The position numbers and the translations under genes were made by a program. A DNA stretch of 64,000 bases from Lama glama (taxonomy: Eukaryota): assembly GCA_028534125.1 (NCBI GenBank), contig CM052833.1, positions 19,034,001 to 19,098,000 of the forward strand. The letters run 5' to 3'. The notes under the pieces are model-generated. The model made no database searches. It was not told the origin of the DNA and saw only the letters and a list, made by a program, of their open reading frames with translations. Shown here piece after piece: positions 48,077 to 59,850 of the stretch (position 1 is the stretch's first letter; each line of letters starts with the position of its first letter).

Positions 48077-49589
48077 CCAAATAGTGACGCTCTGCCCGGT
48101 TTCCCTCTACGTGCACGTTGTGTTTCCCCAAACCGCCCCTTTAGGGAGCTTGCGTGTTACAGCCCGAAGCCAACGTGTCTGCTGTGTCCACCACCTCTGA
48201 TGGCACTGTTGAAGTGACTTTGGTAATTACCGTGTTAGTATTTAAAATCCAAGACACAGCTCAGAGGGGGGAGAAAAACTCACCAAAACCAAGCCTCGAA
48301 AATGCTGCTTTTGTGATCAGTTTCGTAAGAATAGCTCTCCTGAGGACGTTCACTGAGTGGCCAGGAGTCTTTTCTGAAGTTTAAGAATTGAGAAAGCCAG
48401 TCTTAAGACAGGAGAGTCCAGCCCTGCTTAACCTTCTCCCTCGTGTTCCTAATTTGCCGACAACAGTAATTAGAATTACGAAGTGCTTGGAGGCACCCAG
48501 CTTCTGCCCTCCCGGCTCCTAAACTCCGGGGGTTGGCTCCTACGATGACCTGGGCATTCTCACTGGGCCGTGCCCCCGGGGAGCCCCGCGAGCCTGGAGG
48601 GGCCCCTCTTTCCTCTCGGAGGCTGCTGGGCCCCAGCACTCGTCACAGTTGACTGTCCCACGCCATCCGCCCCCCTCAGGGCAGGTGCACACAGGGCTGG
48701 CTCACACAGGTAGCAGACCCCAGGGGCTCCCAGAGGACTACCCCCCCCCCCGAGTAAATTACCCGGTGCCTTGCCTCCACTTCCCCTGGGGTCACGAGTG
48801 GATACATTCGCTGTCTTTAGGAAGGAGTTTCCTTTTCTGATCTGAATGGGGTGCCTCGTGAACCCCCAAAGGCACGCAGGTCCGAGGCCTAGACACGTGA
48901 GGACTGGGGTCTCCTCTGGGCCTAAGGAGTCTGACACCACCCCATGCACGTGGGCCCACCTGGCACCCACAGAAGCCCTCAGACTGCGTGCGGGGGGGCC
49001 TTGGTGGCCACATGCTGCCCCCGCTGCCCCTGGGGCCTTGAGTCTCCCCTGCCCCGCCAGCCAGTGTCCAGCCCCGCGATGACCCCTGGTGTAGGCACAG
49101 TGTCCTCCGGCAACCACCCCCACACCAGGGTCCTTCAGCGAATTGGGATGTCCGCCTTTCCTGGACAAAGCGTGTCCCTGACGACGTCCACCCTCTGATT
49201 CTCACCTGCCACAGCACCGCTGTCCCGGCCATTGGGCTGTGGAGACACACATAGGACGGTGTTTTGTCTGAGCTGCGTTTCACCTCGTCACCTTTAGCCC
49301 GGGGCTGCAGCCCATCGGGGCCTGGGGGCTCCCATCTTTCTTCTAGCTTGAGGACAGTCTCTGGACAGGGATGTGGGCTGGGGTCATGACCAGCACAATC
49401 CCCCAGCACCGCCTCCCAGAACTTGCAGTCTCTGGGGACCCCACTCCCCGCCCTGGGGTGGCCGTTCGTGCCGCTTGTGAGCACGTCTGATGGTAGCACC
49501 GGCGGCCACAGGGCTGTGTGGGCTCTCGCCACCTGTCTCGTGGGAGTCTGGAGTCACCGTGCCATGCTGTGCTGATGCCCCAGCCGCTA

Positions 49590-49730
49590 GCCTCACATGG
49601 CTGCGAGAGCTAAAGTAACTGAGAGCAACATACATTTAAAACTCAGTTCCTTGGTTGCACAAGCCACGCTCCACGTGCTCAGGACCACGTGTGGTTCTGG
49701 CTGCCGCGCTGGGCGGTGCAGATAAAGCAC
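49590..49730. mobile_element. MER3/MER33-like hAT fragment
   Basis: 'ttaaaactcagttccttggttgcacaagccac...gtgctc...ccacgtgtgg...tggctgccg...gcagata'. Confidence 0.6.
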
Positions 49731-52700
49731 AGGTGTTCCCACCACCTCGGCGTCTGATTGCTGCCCAGAGATATGCTTTCATCGTCTGCTTGGAAATACG
49801 GATTATTTTATGTCTAGCCCTCCAGCCTGTGTTTTGTGGAATCTGCATTTTTCCCTGGTTTCTGGACACCAGAGCGGTGCTTGTCAGTCTCCAGTCCCCA
49901 AGGCTCCCAGTGGTCTTGGCCACCATGCTTAACTTGCTTGGGGCGTGGAGCCGGGTTGAGAGGCCCAAGTGGGGCTGGAGCTAGGACAGCTACGAGCCGT
50001 GTTATCAGGAAGGTGGAACCAGGTTAGAGTCCTGGAGCTGCAGGCGATGCCCTGAGTCTGTGATTAGGACAGCTTTAGAGGGAAAGTGGCAGGGATGGGC
50101 TGTGCCTTGGTCGTGGTGGGGCTGGGAGAGTGGCTGTGGGTTGGGGGGTAGCCCCAGGTCTTCTCTAGAACTGGCTGGAAGGCCTGGCTCTTACCCCATT
50201 GGATGTTTCCACCACCAGGAGGCCGGCGGTCGGCTGCACAGATGGGCTCTGACTCAAGCTTCCTCTTCCCTGGCCTCAGGGGCGGCCTGGGGTGTTTGCC
50301 GAGAGCCTGCCTGCATGGAGGCTCCTGCGTGCCAGCTCCTCTCCAGGTCCAGGACCTCCAGTGTCCAAACTTCCTTCCCCTAGATGACCGAGAGCCAGGG
50401 CCACGCACGTGCCCGGCTGCATGTCCTGGAGGAAACTGGAGACATCCAGTTGGATCACAGTGCAGGGCAGCCAGCACAGCCACTGTTCTGCACCCGAGCT
50501 TCAGGGCAGCCTCAGAAAACAGCTGCTGTGGCCTCCCTCAGTATTCGCATTCAAGCATGTGACACGCACTGGTCTTCATGGTTTAGTCTTTGTGGGGGTG
50601 AGGCCTAAATGGAGCAGACTTTCAAAAGTCTAAACTGAGAACCAGATCAATGGCTGAAAGCTCAAGTGATCTCCAGAAGCCCCAGGCACTTTGCACCAGC
50701 ACCTGGGTTCTCCGTGGATGGTGGGAAGGGCAGCCCCTCCCCCACAGGTGACCTGGAGCTACTGACACAGCCTCTCTGGGCCTCCCTGTGGACGGGTAGA
50801 GACGTGCTCCTCCTGGGTCAGACAGTGTGTGTACACACATGTGCACCTCACAGACGTGCCACAGGAAGACTGTGGGAGTGGGGACAGAGAGAGGAAAGGG
50901 CCCCCAGGCAGAAGAGAGGATTCCACGGGGCAGTGTCCCATCCACTAGCCGTGCAGGAGGTCATCGTCTTCAGAAGGAAAATGGTAATTCTGTGGGGCTC
51001 TGACAATGCCTCCAACTGAACAGGGGGGTCTTGGGGGCGCAATCACCTGGTAATGATCACCCAGTCCCTGGCCTACAGGGTCTCTGACACATTCCCCACT
51101 AGGGAAGCGATGGTACCAGTTAATTAACTCCCTTCTACCGCTGGGAGGAGGCTGAGTGAGGCCGTGAGTAGCTCAGGGCAGGGGGGATGTGACCTCACCG
51201 CCATTCCCTGGGTCCAGACAGCCAGTGGGCTGCGGATGAGGCCTAGCTCCACTGGGCCTGCCCCCGGCTCCTCCGTGTCCCCTGGGGTGGCCTCACTTTC
51301 ACCCCCAAGTGCACACTGGTGCCTGGACAAGATCCACCAGAAACCATCTCAAGACAGGTTCGGAGGACGCAGTGCCCTTTCATCCTTGCTCTGGGTTTTG
51401 GTCTCGAACCATTGCTGCAAGAAGTGGCTCCATGTGCTGACATCTGGTTCTCCACGTCTCTGCGGGACGGTCCCAGGATGGCCCAGGACCCCTGCCCCGC
51501 CCTCACGGAGGCCCCACCTGGCCCAGGTGGCCAAGTCTGCAGCCTCTCCACCGTGGAAAAGCAAGTCTCCCTAGGAGACCAATAGCGTGAAGTCACACAC
51601 ACGGCGGGAGCACACTTTTTCTTGCTCAGTTTTTAACAACAAAAACTGGAAAGCCCTTACCACGCGCTGCTGTCAAGACCTGTCTCCGTGGCCACGTCCC
51701 TGCAGAGTCGGCCGTTAGACCCACAGAGAGAGAGCATTTCCTCCAGGCGGGGCGGCCAGCAACGAGGCCCCAGAAACAGTCGTGGTCAGTAGCTGTGGTG
51801 AAGGGCCACTCAGGGCCAGCACAACAGATGAAGGTCACCGGGCCTAAGAACCTCGCGAGAGACTCTGTGATTTGTGGCACAGACCGCTAGGCACTTGAAG
51901 ACACCTGAGCACATCCCGATTTGCAGAAAGGTGGGGCGCGCAGCAGGCCCTGGGCAAACACCTGTCGAATTAAATGAGCATATCTGGAGGCAAGTCCTGG
52001 ACAGGTACAAAGGAAGTAAAATAGACATCTTGGTAAAGACGTAGTCCAAACGCAGCTAGCACCTGGAGGCGAGGGGTAGGGACAACACTGAAGACCCAAG
52101 GCACGATCCACAACTATGGAACCTGGGAAGCAGCTCCTCCCTAGTAAGGACCACGGCTTCGCAGAGTTGAACTTAAAAGCACAGAGCATCTGAAGGCGGG
52201 GCCTTCTCCTGAGGCAGTGGGAGGACCTGACGGGAAGGAGCCACCTGGAGCCGTGGCTGGAGGGCAGGTGAGGGCAGGTGCGTCCCAGCTTTGTCTGTGG
52301 ACCTGGAGGAAGTGGTGTTTGCGGTGGGAGCCGAGTTCCCAGCCCCCAGCCTCACAACATGCAGCGCCCCTGAGAGGGATCGCGGCGCCCCCAGACTTGG
52401 GAGGCGTTGCGCCAGGACCCACGAGGCCGGAGCTGCCTTGGGCGTGTGTGGGGCCTGTGAAGAGGACAAAGCTGCTCCTCTCCAGAGCTCGCAAACCAAC
52501 AGACATCCCCAGTGGTGTCCCCCGGTTGCCCATGGACAGCCTTGGCTGGGGAGTTTATTGCAAAACACAGAATCCGAAATGAGGGGAGAGAGACGGGGAA
52601 AGAGGGCAGACAGCAGGCAGAGCAGACCGATGCCCAGCGGCCAGGTCTCAGGCCAGAGTGGGGCTCATTTATGGGCACCTCGCTGCTGGCGGCAGGTCCC

Positions 52701-55700
52701 TCTCCCGGGGGGTGGCGGCCACGTGAGTTGGAGGTGGGGCTGGGCCTGCAGTCAGGGTGGGAAGCCACCACTCCTGGTGGTCCAGAGGGCTCGTCCCTGG
52801 GCACATAGCACGACCGTTGCTGTCTCTTGGCTCAGAATAACCTCCAACTGTGTTTCTTCGTAGTCTTTGAGAAAGGCCCAGGTTTCTGCTCACTCGGTCG
52901 CTGCGTGGATGTCATTCTGTTACCGCACCGGCTTCAACAAATTTCTGGTCAGCAGCAAGGCCAATGTAGCAAAGGAAGGGAAAGGTGACAAATCAGACAG
53001 TCTGGCCACCCTGGTTCTATATTTTTAAGAAACATGATGCCCTGTCTGCACCAGTGTTCACAGCAGCACTGTTCTTCCTATTTTGACAATATTTATTGAC
53101 CGACTCGGCGGACCCATATACCAAACAAGGGTCAAAATTGCAAATTTAATAGGAAAAAAAGTGGAGGGGCTTAGGAAGCCAATAATAATTAGGGTACGTT
53201 TCGCTTAAAAGCGGAAAATACTGCGTGCAGTGTGTCACTAGTGAATGCAGCTTGTGGACCACTGGTGCCCGCTTTCCTTCCCTCCTTGAAGTGCTTATCT
53301 GTTCGCATGAGCCCTGGGATTCCACTGTTGCAAATCGGCTTTGGTTATAAAGAGGCACGTGAGAGCTGCCTGCCTCTAGGCTGGTCCCAGGTGTTCCAGT
53401 AAAGAGGCAAAAAGGATCCAGGCCCATTGACACAATTTCCTTTTTTCTCTAAGCTGCCCTCTTTCTGAATTCTTGGTCACTGAATCCAGACACATCATCT
53501 CACGACTGTGCTTACTAATTCACAAAGTGAGAGCTGGAAACATATGCCCCATTGATTGCTCTAATATAAATCCTGCTGCGCGGTCAAAACCTTCCCTTTC
53601 ACACAAGTCCTTTGGGTCCTGGCCCTGGTGCTGCAGGCAGAGCTTGGGCTGCCCCACCCCGGAAGCAAGCAGTGTCTGTCCTAAGAGTATGACCAACCCT
53701 GGAACAAAGGTGCTGGAGGCTGAGCCCTGCCGTGGTCCTCCTAGGGGCACCCCCGAGTCCCAGGAAGTGCAGGATACAAGGTGTGTGCAGCCTCCTCGCC
53801 CACCAGGCCCCAGACACTGAACTTTGCCAAGGAAGAGGAAGGCAGTGTCCAGTCGGGGCTACCCAGCTGGGCAGGTCAGAGGAGGGACAGCCGCGCAGAG
53901 TGGAAGTGGAGGTGCCAGGGACAGCAGGGGTGCACGCTCCAGGCAGCCTGTTGCGCATGTCTCTCCGCGAAGCCTCGGGCAGACTGGGTAGATTGTCCAG
54001 GGTCTCACCCCAGGCAGTAGCAGGGCCAGCACTCAGGTCCAGCTCTCCCACACACACCCCGGTGCACCCTCCACCCCTCCTGGCTGTGGTTATTCTGTGT
54101 GTGGAATTTCCAGCCTCCCCGACACCCCTTCCTCACCACGGGACTGATGCCCTGACCATAGCCCTGCTGTCCTGACTATGATCACCCCCCCATCAGACCT
54201 CTATTCCTCCTTCCTAAGCGTGATTCCTGATCTCCTGCTGGAAAAGACAGCTTAATCGACCACAGTGCTCCCCAATTTTGTGAAAATTCACCTCGAATTT
54301 TTATTACTCTGCTCATGACCAAGGCATAATCCTGCGTGTTTGTGACATGGTCTCAGAGGCACTGGAACCCAGACGTGCTCTGGTGGACGTGTGGTGCCCA
54401 GGCCAGACCTCATGTACAAGCCCCCATCACACCTTCCACACCTGCCCCCAGGAGACTGAGTTTTCCCATCAGAACCACGCTCCTGAGATTCGCAAAGGCT
54501 TCCCTCCATCCATATGCTTCTGCTCCCCCCCCCCCACCGCCCTCCGTGCCTCTGACGTCTAACCTGGGCTGCACTGGAACAGGGCCCGTGCTGAGCAGAG
54601 ATGTGGTAAGTGATGCCGAGGGAGAATGTGGGGAGGGGGGTGGCTGTGCCGGCCAGGCCCCGCCGCCCCGCCACCCTGCACCTCACACCTCCTTCTCCAG
54701 CTTCTTGGCGGCCACGCCCTTCAGAGCACAGTGCCCCCACTGCCCTCTGCCCTCTCTACACACCTGCTCATGTGTCACAGATGCCACTGGAGCAGCAGGG
54801 TGGCCAGCCTGACTTTCTGCCCGTCTCCCAGAGTGTGGCCCCTGGGCCCACGTCCTCCCCCACGTCCCCGTCCAGTGTGTCCCCAGACCCACGGGGTTCA
54901 GTATAATCTCAGCCTCAGCTACGGACGTGCTCCCCTCCTGTGTTTCTCACTCGGGGCACCAGCCAGACTGGGCATCGCCTCCAGCTGCTCCCTTCGTGTT
55001 CCTCACCATGTCCAGCAAGATGCTCCTGCCCCCACCATGCCCACTATCAGCCCAGGTCACCCCCGACATTACCCAAGGGCTGCCCTGGGCCAGTCCAGCC
55101 TCTGGGCCACCTCAGACTGTCCTCTCAAATCTGCGTCTGAGCACATCACCCCCATCTCTGCTGGGACCCACTGAGCGCTCAGGGCTGTGCAGACTCTCCC
55201 CGGGGAACTCCCGTGCCCCTCAGCCCCCAAACACCCACAGGACTGCCTGGTACAACGCTCCCGTCCCACTGGGCATCTGCCCTTCCCGAACCTTCCTGAA
55301 ACTGACCCGCACACCACTGCCTCACCCATCCTCCAAACCCCAGTCCCAGTGTCCTCTAGGGGCACCTTTGGGCAGAATTCATTCCTTTGTTCCCTTTGCA
55401 GTTGGCCCTCGTGTGTCCCTGCGGACACAGCACCTCGTTCACTCACCCATCCATCCATCCATTCACGGATGAGCCTGCACTCCGAGAGGCCCGAAACGGG
55501 TAAGTTACTCACACCTGCCGCCCTGGCTGGTTACAGCCCGTGCCAGGCTCCAGGATGAGCTGATACACTTGTATGTCTGTCCTCCACGGACGGTGCCGTG
55601 TGTGTGAGCCGTCATGATCTGACGGGCTGGGAGCCGGACTGCAGGCCCGGCCGTTCGTGGAGATCACTTAGGAAAGACGACGTCACCGAGGTAAGGACGG

Positions 55701-56029
55701 CCATGTTCCTGCTTCCTCAGAGTTGCATGTCGAAGGGTTTCAAAGAAAGGAGTTCAACTAAAACTGCAGATGAAACCCAGCACATGTGTCAGAGCACTAA
55801 GGGAGACTGGGGCCCGGCACGAGGTGTGACGGTGCTGGCGTCGTGCTCCTGTTCTGCGTCTTCATACTTGAACATGTACACAATAGAAAAATATCTTCAA
55901 AGGTGAGTTGACTCGAATTGACTGGACTGGTTTTCTCCTCTGAAACTGGGGGTGTGTCTTGGGGGGTGGGCTCTGACAGGATGCGGAGACTGGAAAGCCG
56001 AGAGGAGGCACCATCGGGCTGTCCTGGGG

Positions 56030-56230
56030 ATGCCCTGGGGTGGCCTCTTCCTGGTCCACAGCTGGCCATCCTCTTGCTACAGAGGGAGCTCCCCGAGGTC
56101 TCTTTTATAGGCGTTAACCCCATCATGTGGGCTCCACCCTTGAAACCCAAGCACCTCCCAAAGGCACCACCTTCCAACGGGTCCACACTGGGATTTAGGG
56201 TTTCAGCATATGAATGGGAGAAGTGGGGGG
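56030..56230 (-). mobile_element. MaLR LTR fragment (MLT1A-like)
   Basis: 'gtctcttttataggcgttaaccccatcatgtgggctccaccct...cacctcccaaaggcaccacct...tagggtttcagcatatgaat'. Confidence 0.7.
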
Positions 56231-56919
56231 GTGTGGGAGAGGGGCCGTAAAATCCCCTAAGGGCCAGGCTGCTTCCCGCCTCCCGCCTCCTGTGCCCTGG
56301 GCAGGAACCCCCTGTGCCCTGGGTTGGGGAGCTCCTGGCAGACCCTGGGGAGTCCAGGACTCTGGAAGGAAATCTCTCTTGGCTCCAAGACTCATCTGGC
56401 TGGTACCAGTGACCCTCGGGGGAAGACGTGATTGTTTCTGTGATTGGAAGGAGGAGGCGGGCAGCAGGGCCAGCTGTGCTGGTCAGGCAAGTCAGGACGG
56501 AGGCGTAGGTCAGGCTACAGCTCTTTGGAAACACAGCTCCCAGTAGGGCCCCCCGCAGCTGATAACTGGAGAGCGGATCACCGACCACTGTGGAGTGCAG
56601 GACCGCACGCTGGCCAGGCGTGTTTTAACCTGCCCGGATTGGGGGATGCCCCGCTCCTTAACATGCTCAAGAGAGTCTGCGTCAAGTTCACAATTAAGAG
56701 TTTCATTCAGCCCCTGACAGCCCCCGCCCTTCTGAGGTCGGAAACACACCGAACTGCATCTTCCCATAGGGAGGTTTGTGCAAGCAGGACCTGGGTAGGT
56801 CCCACGGCCTCTCGCCCTCCTCACTCTGAGAAAGCCGGGTCCCTGTAGCTGAAGGATTGTCAGTGACCCCCTCGGGTCCTTCCCCAACCCTTACCCCGTT
56901 CCCAGAGCCCCTGAGCGCT

Positions 56920-57970
56920 GCTAGACAGCCCGTCGGGGAGCCGCTGGGGGGCCTGCGCGCATCCCGGCCTCACTGCCCCCCTGAACCCCCGGTTTAAAGC
57001 CACACACCGCCGTTCTTCAGCCGAGGCCATCTGCTGGGGTGATGATGCCCGACTGCCCCAGCCTCCAACAGGCCGACCAGCCACCACCGAGGGCCCGCAG
57101 AGCATCGGGGCCGGGTGGTGGGGACGCTGGCTCGTCCTGGGCCGCTGGAGCCCGAGGGGCGTGGGCGCGGGCGGGGCGGGCGGGGCGGGCGGCGGCGCTT
57201 TAAGAGGCGGCGCGCGCGCGAGGAGGCCGTGCTGGCCGGAGACCCGAGCGATGGAGACGGCCTGGGACTGCGCTGGAGCCCTCCTCAGGCGAGTGCCACG
57301 CCGGCCGGGATCGGCACCCCCTTCCCCCAGCCCCTTGTGCCCCGCTGACCCCCGTCCCTGTGCGCCTGGCACCTCCCTGCGTTCCCACGCGCCCTGCGAC
57401 CCACGGCGCCCGGCGTCCCCGCGCCCCGCACCCCCGCGCCCCAACGCGCCCCGCCACTCCCGGGGCCCGGCGTCCCCGCGTCCCCTGCGCCCACGCGCCC
57501 CGGCCCGAGCCCTCCGCCAGCTGGCCGCCCGCGCCAGGTGTGGCTCCTGAGGTGTGCAAGCGTCCGCGGAACAGGTGACCGTGATGAGCAGGAGCCGGCG
57601 CTTCTCTGCCGCTGCGGCCTGTGGACGCGACAGCCCCGCGGCGCGCGGGGACCGGCTTCTCGGGGTCCTGGACCGCGGGGCGGGGGGTGCTGGGGCGAGG
57701 GGAGGGGTGCTGGTGGGGAAGCTGGGCGGCCTCGGGGCCACCAGATCAGATCACCCCTCAGGGCAGCGCAGAAGGGCCGACCGGGCGCGCCGGCTGGGCC
57801 CCCGGGCTTGTAAGGCGGGACTTGGGGGAAGGTGGTGGCGCTGCCCGGACCGGGGTGCGAGACAGAGGGGCCCGCGGACCCCGCCCCCTCCTCGCCCCTC
57901 CACGCCGCGAGACCGTGAGAAGGCCCAGAATCGCCTTTTCCCCTCCTGGGTTCGTCTTCGCATCGCAAAC
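56920..57970 (+). promoter_or_regulatory. CIDEA: CpG island promoter of CIDEA with stacked GC boxes and a TATA-like element
   Basis: Overlapping GGGCGG boxes at ~57163-57196, then TTTAAGA at 57199-57205, about 50 nt before the ATG. Confidence 0.8.
57251..57288 (+). CDS. CIDEA: Cell death-inducing DFFA-like effector A, coding exon 1 (38 nt); later exons not found in the window
   Basis: gcgATGG start; encodes METAWDCAGALL(R), similar to human CIDEA MEAARDYAGALIR; syntenic position downstream of IMPA2; boundary CAG|gcgagt. Confidence 0.85.
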
Positions 57971-59009
57971 CAATCTGAACCGTGAAGTCCTAAAAACACC
58001 GGGTGGTGGCAACTTGCGAGATTTAAGGGAGGGATCGGGTTTCTCTGGAGATCTTCAAAGCAGTTCAAAAGGGACAGAGAAGCCTCTGAATTCTCTTAAA
58101 TACAGGTTTTCCAAGGTGTCAGGAGTGGAGGGCCATTTTACAGAAGGGGCGTGATCCGTAAGCTCCTGAACTTGGGTTCCTAGAGGGGTCTGTGTGGAAC
58201 GTTCAAGGCTCAAGGTCGGCCGCCGGAAGGCAGTGGGGTCTGTCTGATGCTCCCCCTTTCTCTTTAAAAACAAATGAAAACAGAAAACGGAAGTCCGCGA
58301 TGGGACCCCCGGCAAGGTGAGAAGCGACTTGTTTCTGCATCTTCGCTGGCTTGGTTTACACCTGAAGGAAGGGCGCTTGGTGTCTTTCCTGGTTTCTCCC
58401 CCTCCCTCCAGCCCCACTCACCCCTCAGTGCTGCTCCCAGGGGCAGCAGTGAAGTTTCTCCCCGGGAACTCCCGAGCTCCTCCCAGCGCTGCACTGGTGG
58501 GCTGAGTCGTAAGGACGGTAGGCGGACACTGACTCCTGGCCGGTGCGGCTGGAGCAGGGGCGGCAAGGCCTGCAGCGCTAAGGCTGCCCGGCCCGCACCT
58601 GACATGCAGCACCATCCGCAACCCAGAGTGCCTCTGTGAGACGTTCCACTGGGCCAGCAAGAAACGACCGGTGAGGTTTTGGCAAATCAGCACGGGAGCA
58701 TCTGTTCTGCTTGGACAGTCCCTCTGAGCACGGCGGCTCTAGGAGTGAGGGGCTGTTTGTTGGGGGCACACGGGGTCCAGCTCCTGCTTTCAAGCTGAGC
58801 TGCCGTCATCCTTGGGACTCCGCTTTCTTCCACACAACCTGTAATATTTGCTGAAGGGGAAAATGTCTTCCATCTTCTTTAAAGCCACATCCAGGCCGCA
58901 GGCCCACGGGAGCCATAGGCAAGGTGATGGCGAGTTCCGTCTCCTCTCAGTGGTCCTTAATGTAAACTGGCTGGTAGAGTGTGTCCTGCTGTCTTTTTCT
59001 TTTCTTCCT

Positions 59010-59850
59010 GTTTCTTAAATTGAAGTACAGTCAGTTTACAATGTTGTGTCAATTTCTGGTGCACAGCATCATGTTTCAGTCATACGTGTACGTACATATA
59101 TTCCTTTTCATTATAGGTTATTACAAGATAGTGAATATAGTTCCCCGTGCTGTACAGTAGAAACTTGTTGTTTACCTACTTTATATATAGTAGTTAGTAT
59201 CTGCAAATCCTGAACCCCCAGTGTGTCTCTCCCCCGTCTCCCTCCTCCCTGGTAACCATAAGTTTGTTTTCCATGTCTGTAAGTCTGCTTCTGTTTTGTA
59301 AATAAGTTCATTTGTGTCACTTTTTTTTTGATTCCGGATATAAGTGATCTCATGTGATACTGGTCTTTGTCTTGCATCNNNNNNNNNNNNNNNNNNNNNN
59401 NNNNNNNNNNNNNNNNNNNNNNNNNNNNNNNNNNNNNNNNNNNNNNNNNNNNNNNNNNNNNNNNNNNNNNNNNNNNNNNNNNNNNNNNNNNNNNNNNNNN
59501 NNNNNNNNNNNNNNNNNNNNNNNNNNNNNNNNNNNNNGTATGTAGTGCTGCTGTGAACAGTGGGCATGTCTCTTTTCAAATTAGAGTTCCCTCTGGATAT
59601 GTGCCCAGGAGCGAGATTCCTGGGTCATATGNNNNNNNNNNNNNNNNNNNNNNNNNNNNNNNNNNNNNNNNNNNNNNNNNNNNNNNNNNNNNNNNNNNNN
59701 NNNNNNNNNNNNNNNNNNNNNNNNNNNNNNNNNNNNNNNNNNNNNNNNNNNNNNNNNNNNNNNNCTTTTGAATGACGGCCATTCTGGCTGCTGTGAGGTG
59801 ATACCTCAGTGTAGCTGCGATCTGCGTTTCTCGGATAATTAGGGATGTTG
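59010..59850 (-). mobile_element. L1 3' portion (end of ORF2 plus 3'UTR) with two N gaps (59379-59537, 59632-59764)
   Basis: 'aattgaagtacagtcagtttacaatgttgtgtcaatttctgg...ggtaaccataagtttgtttt...ggccattctggctgctgtgaggtgatacctca'; minus-strand translation YDPGISLLGTYP resembles the L1 ORF2 C-terminus. Confidence 0.88.

Noticed and set aside
56860-58154. ORFs of 293 and 227 aa over the CIDEA island
   Set aside because: Same CpG-island artefact.
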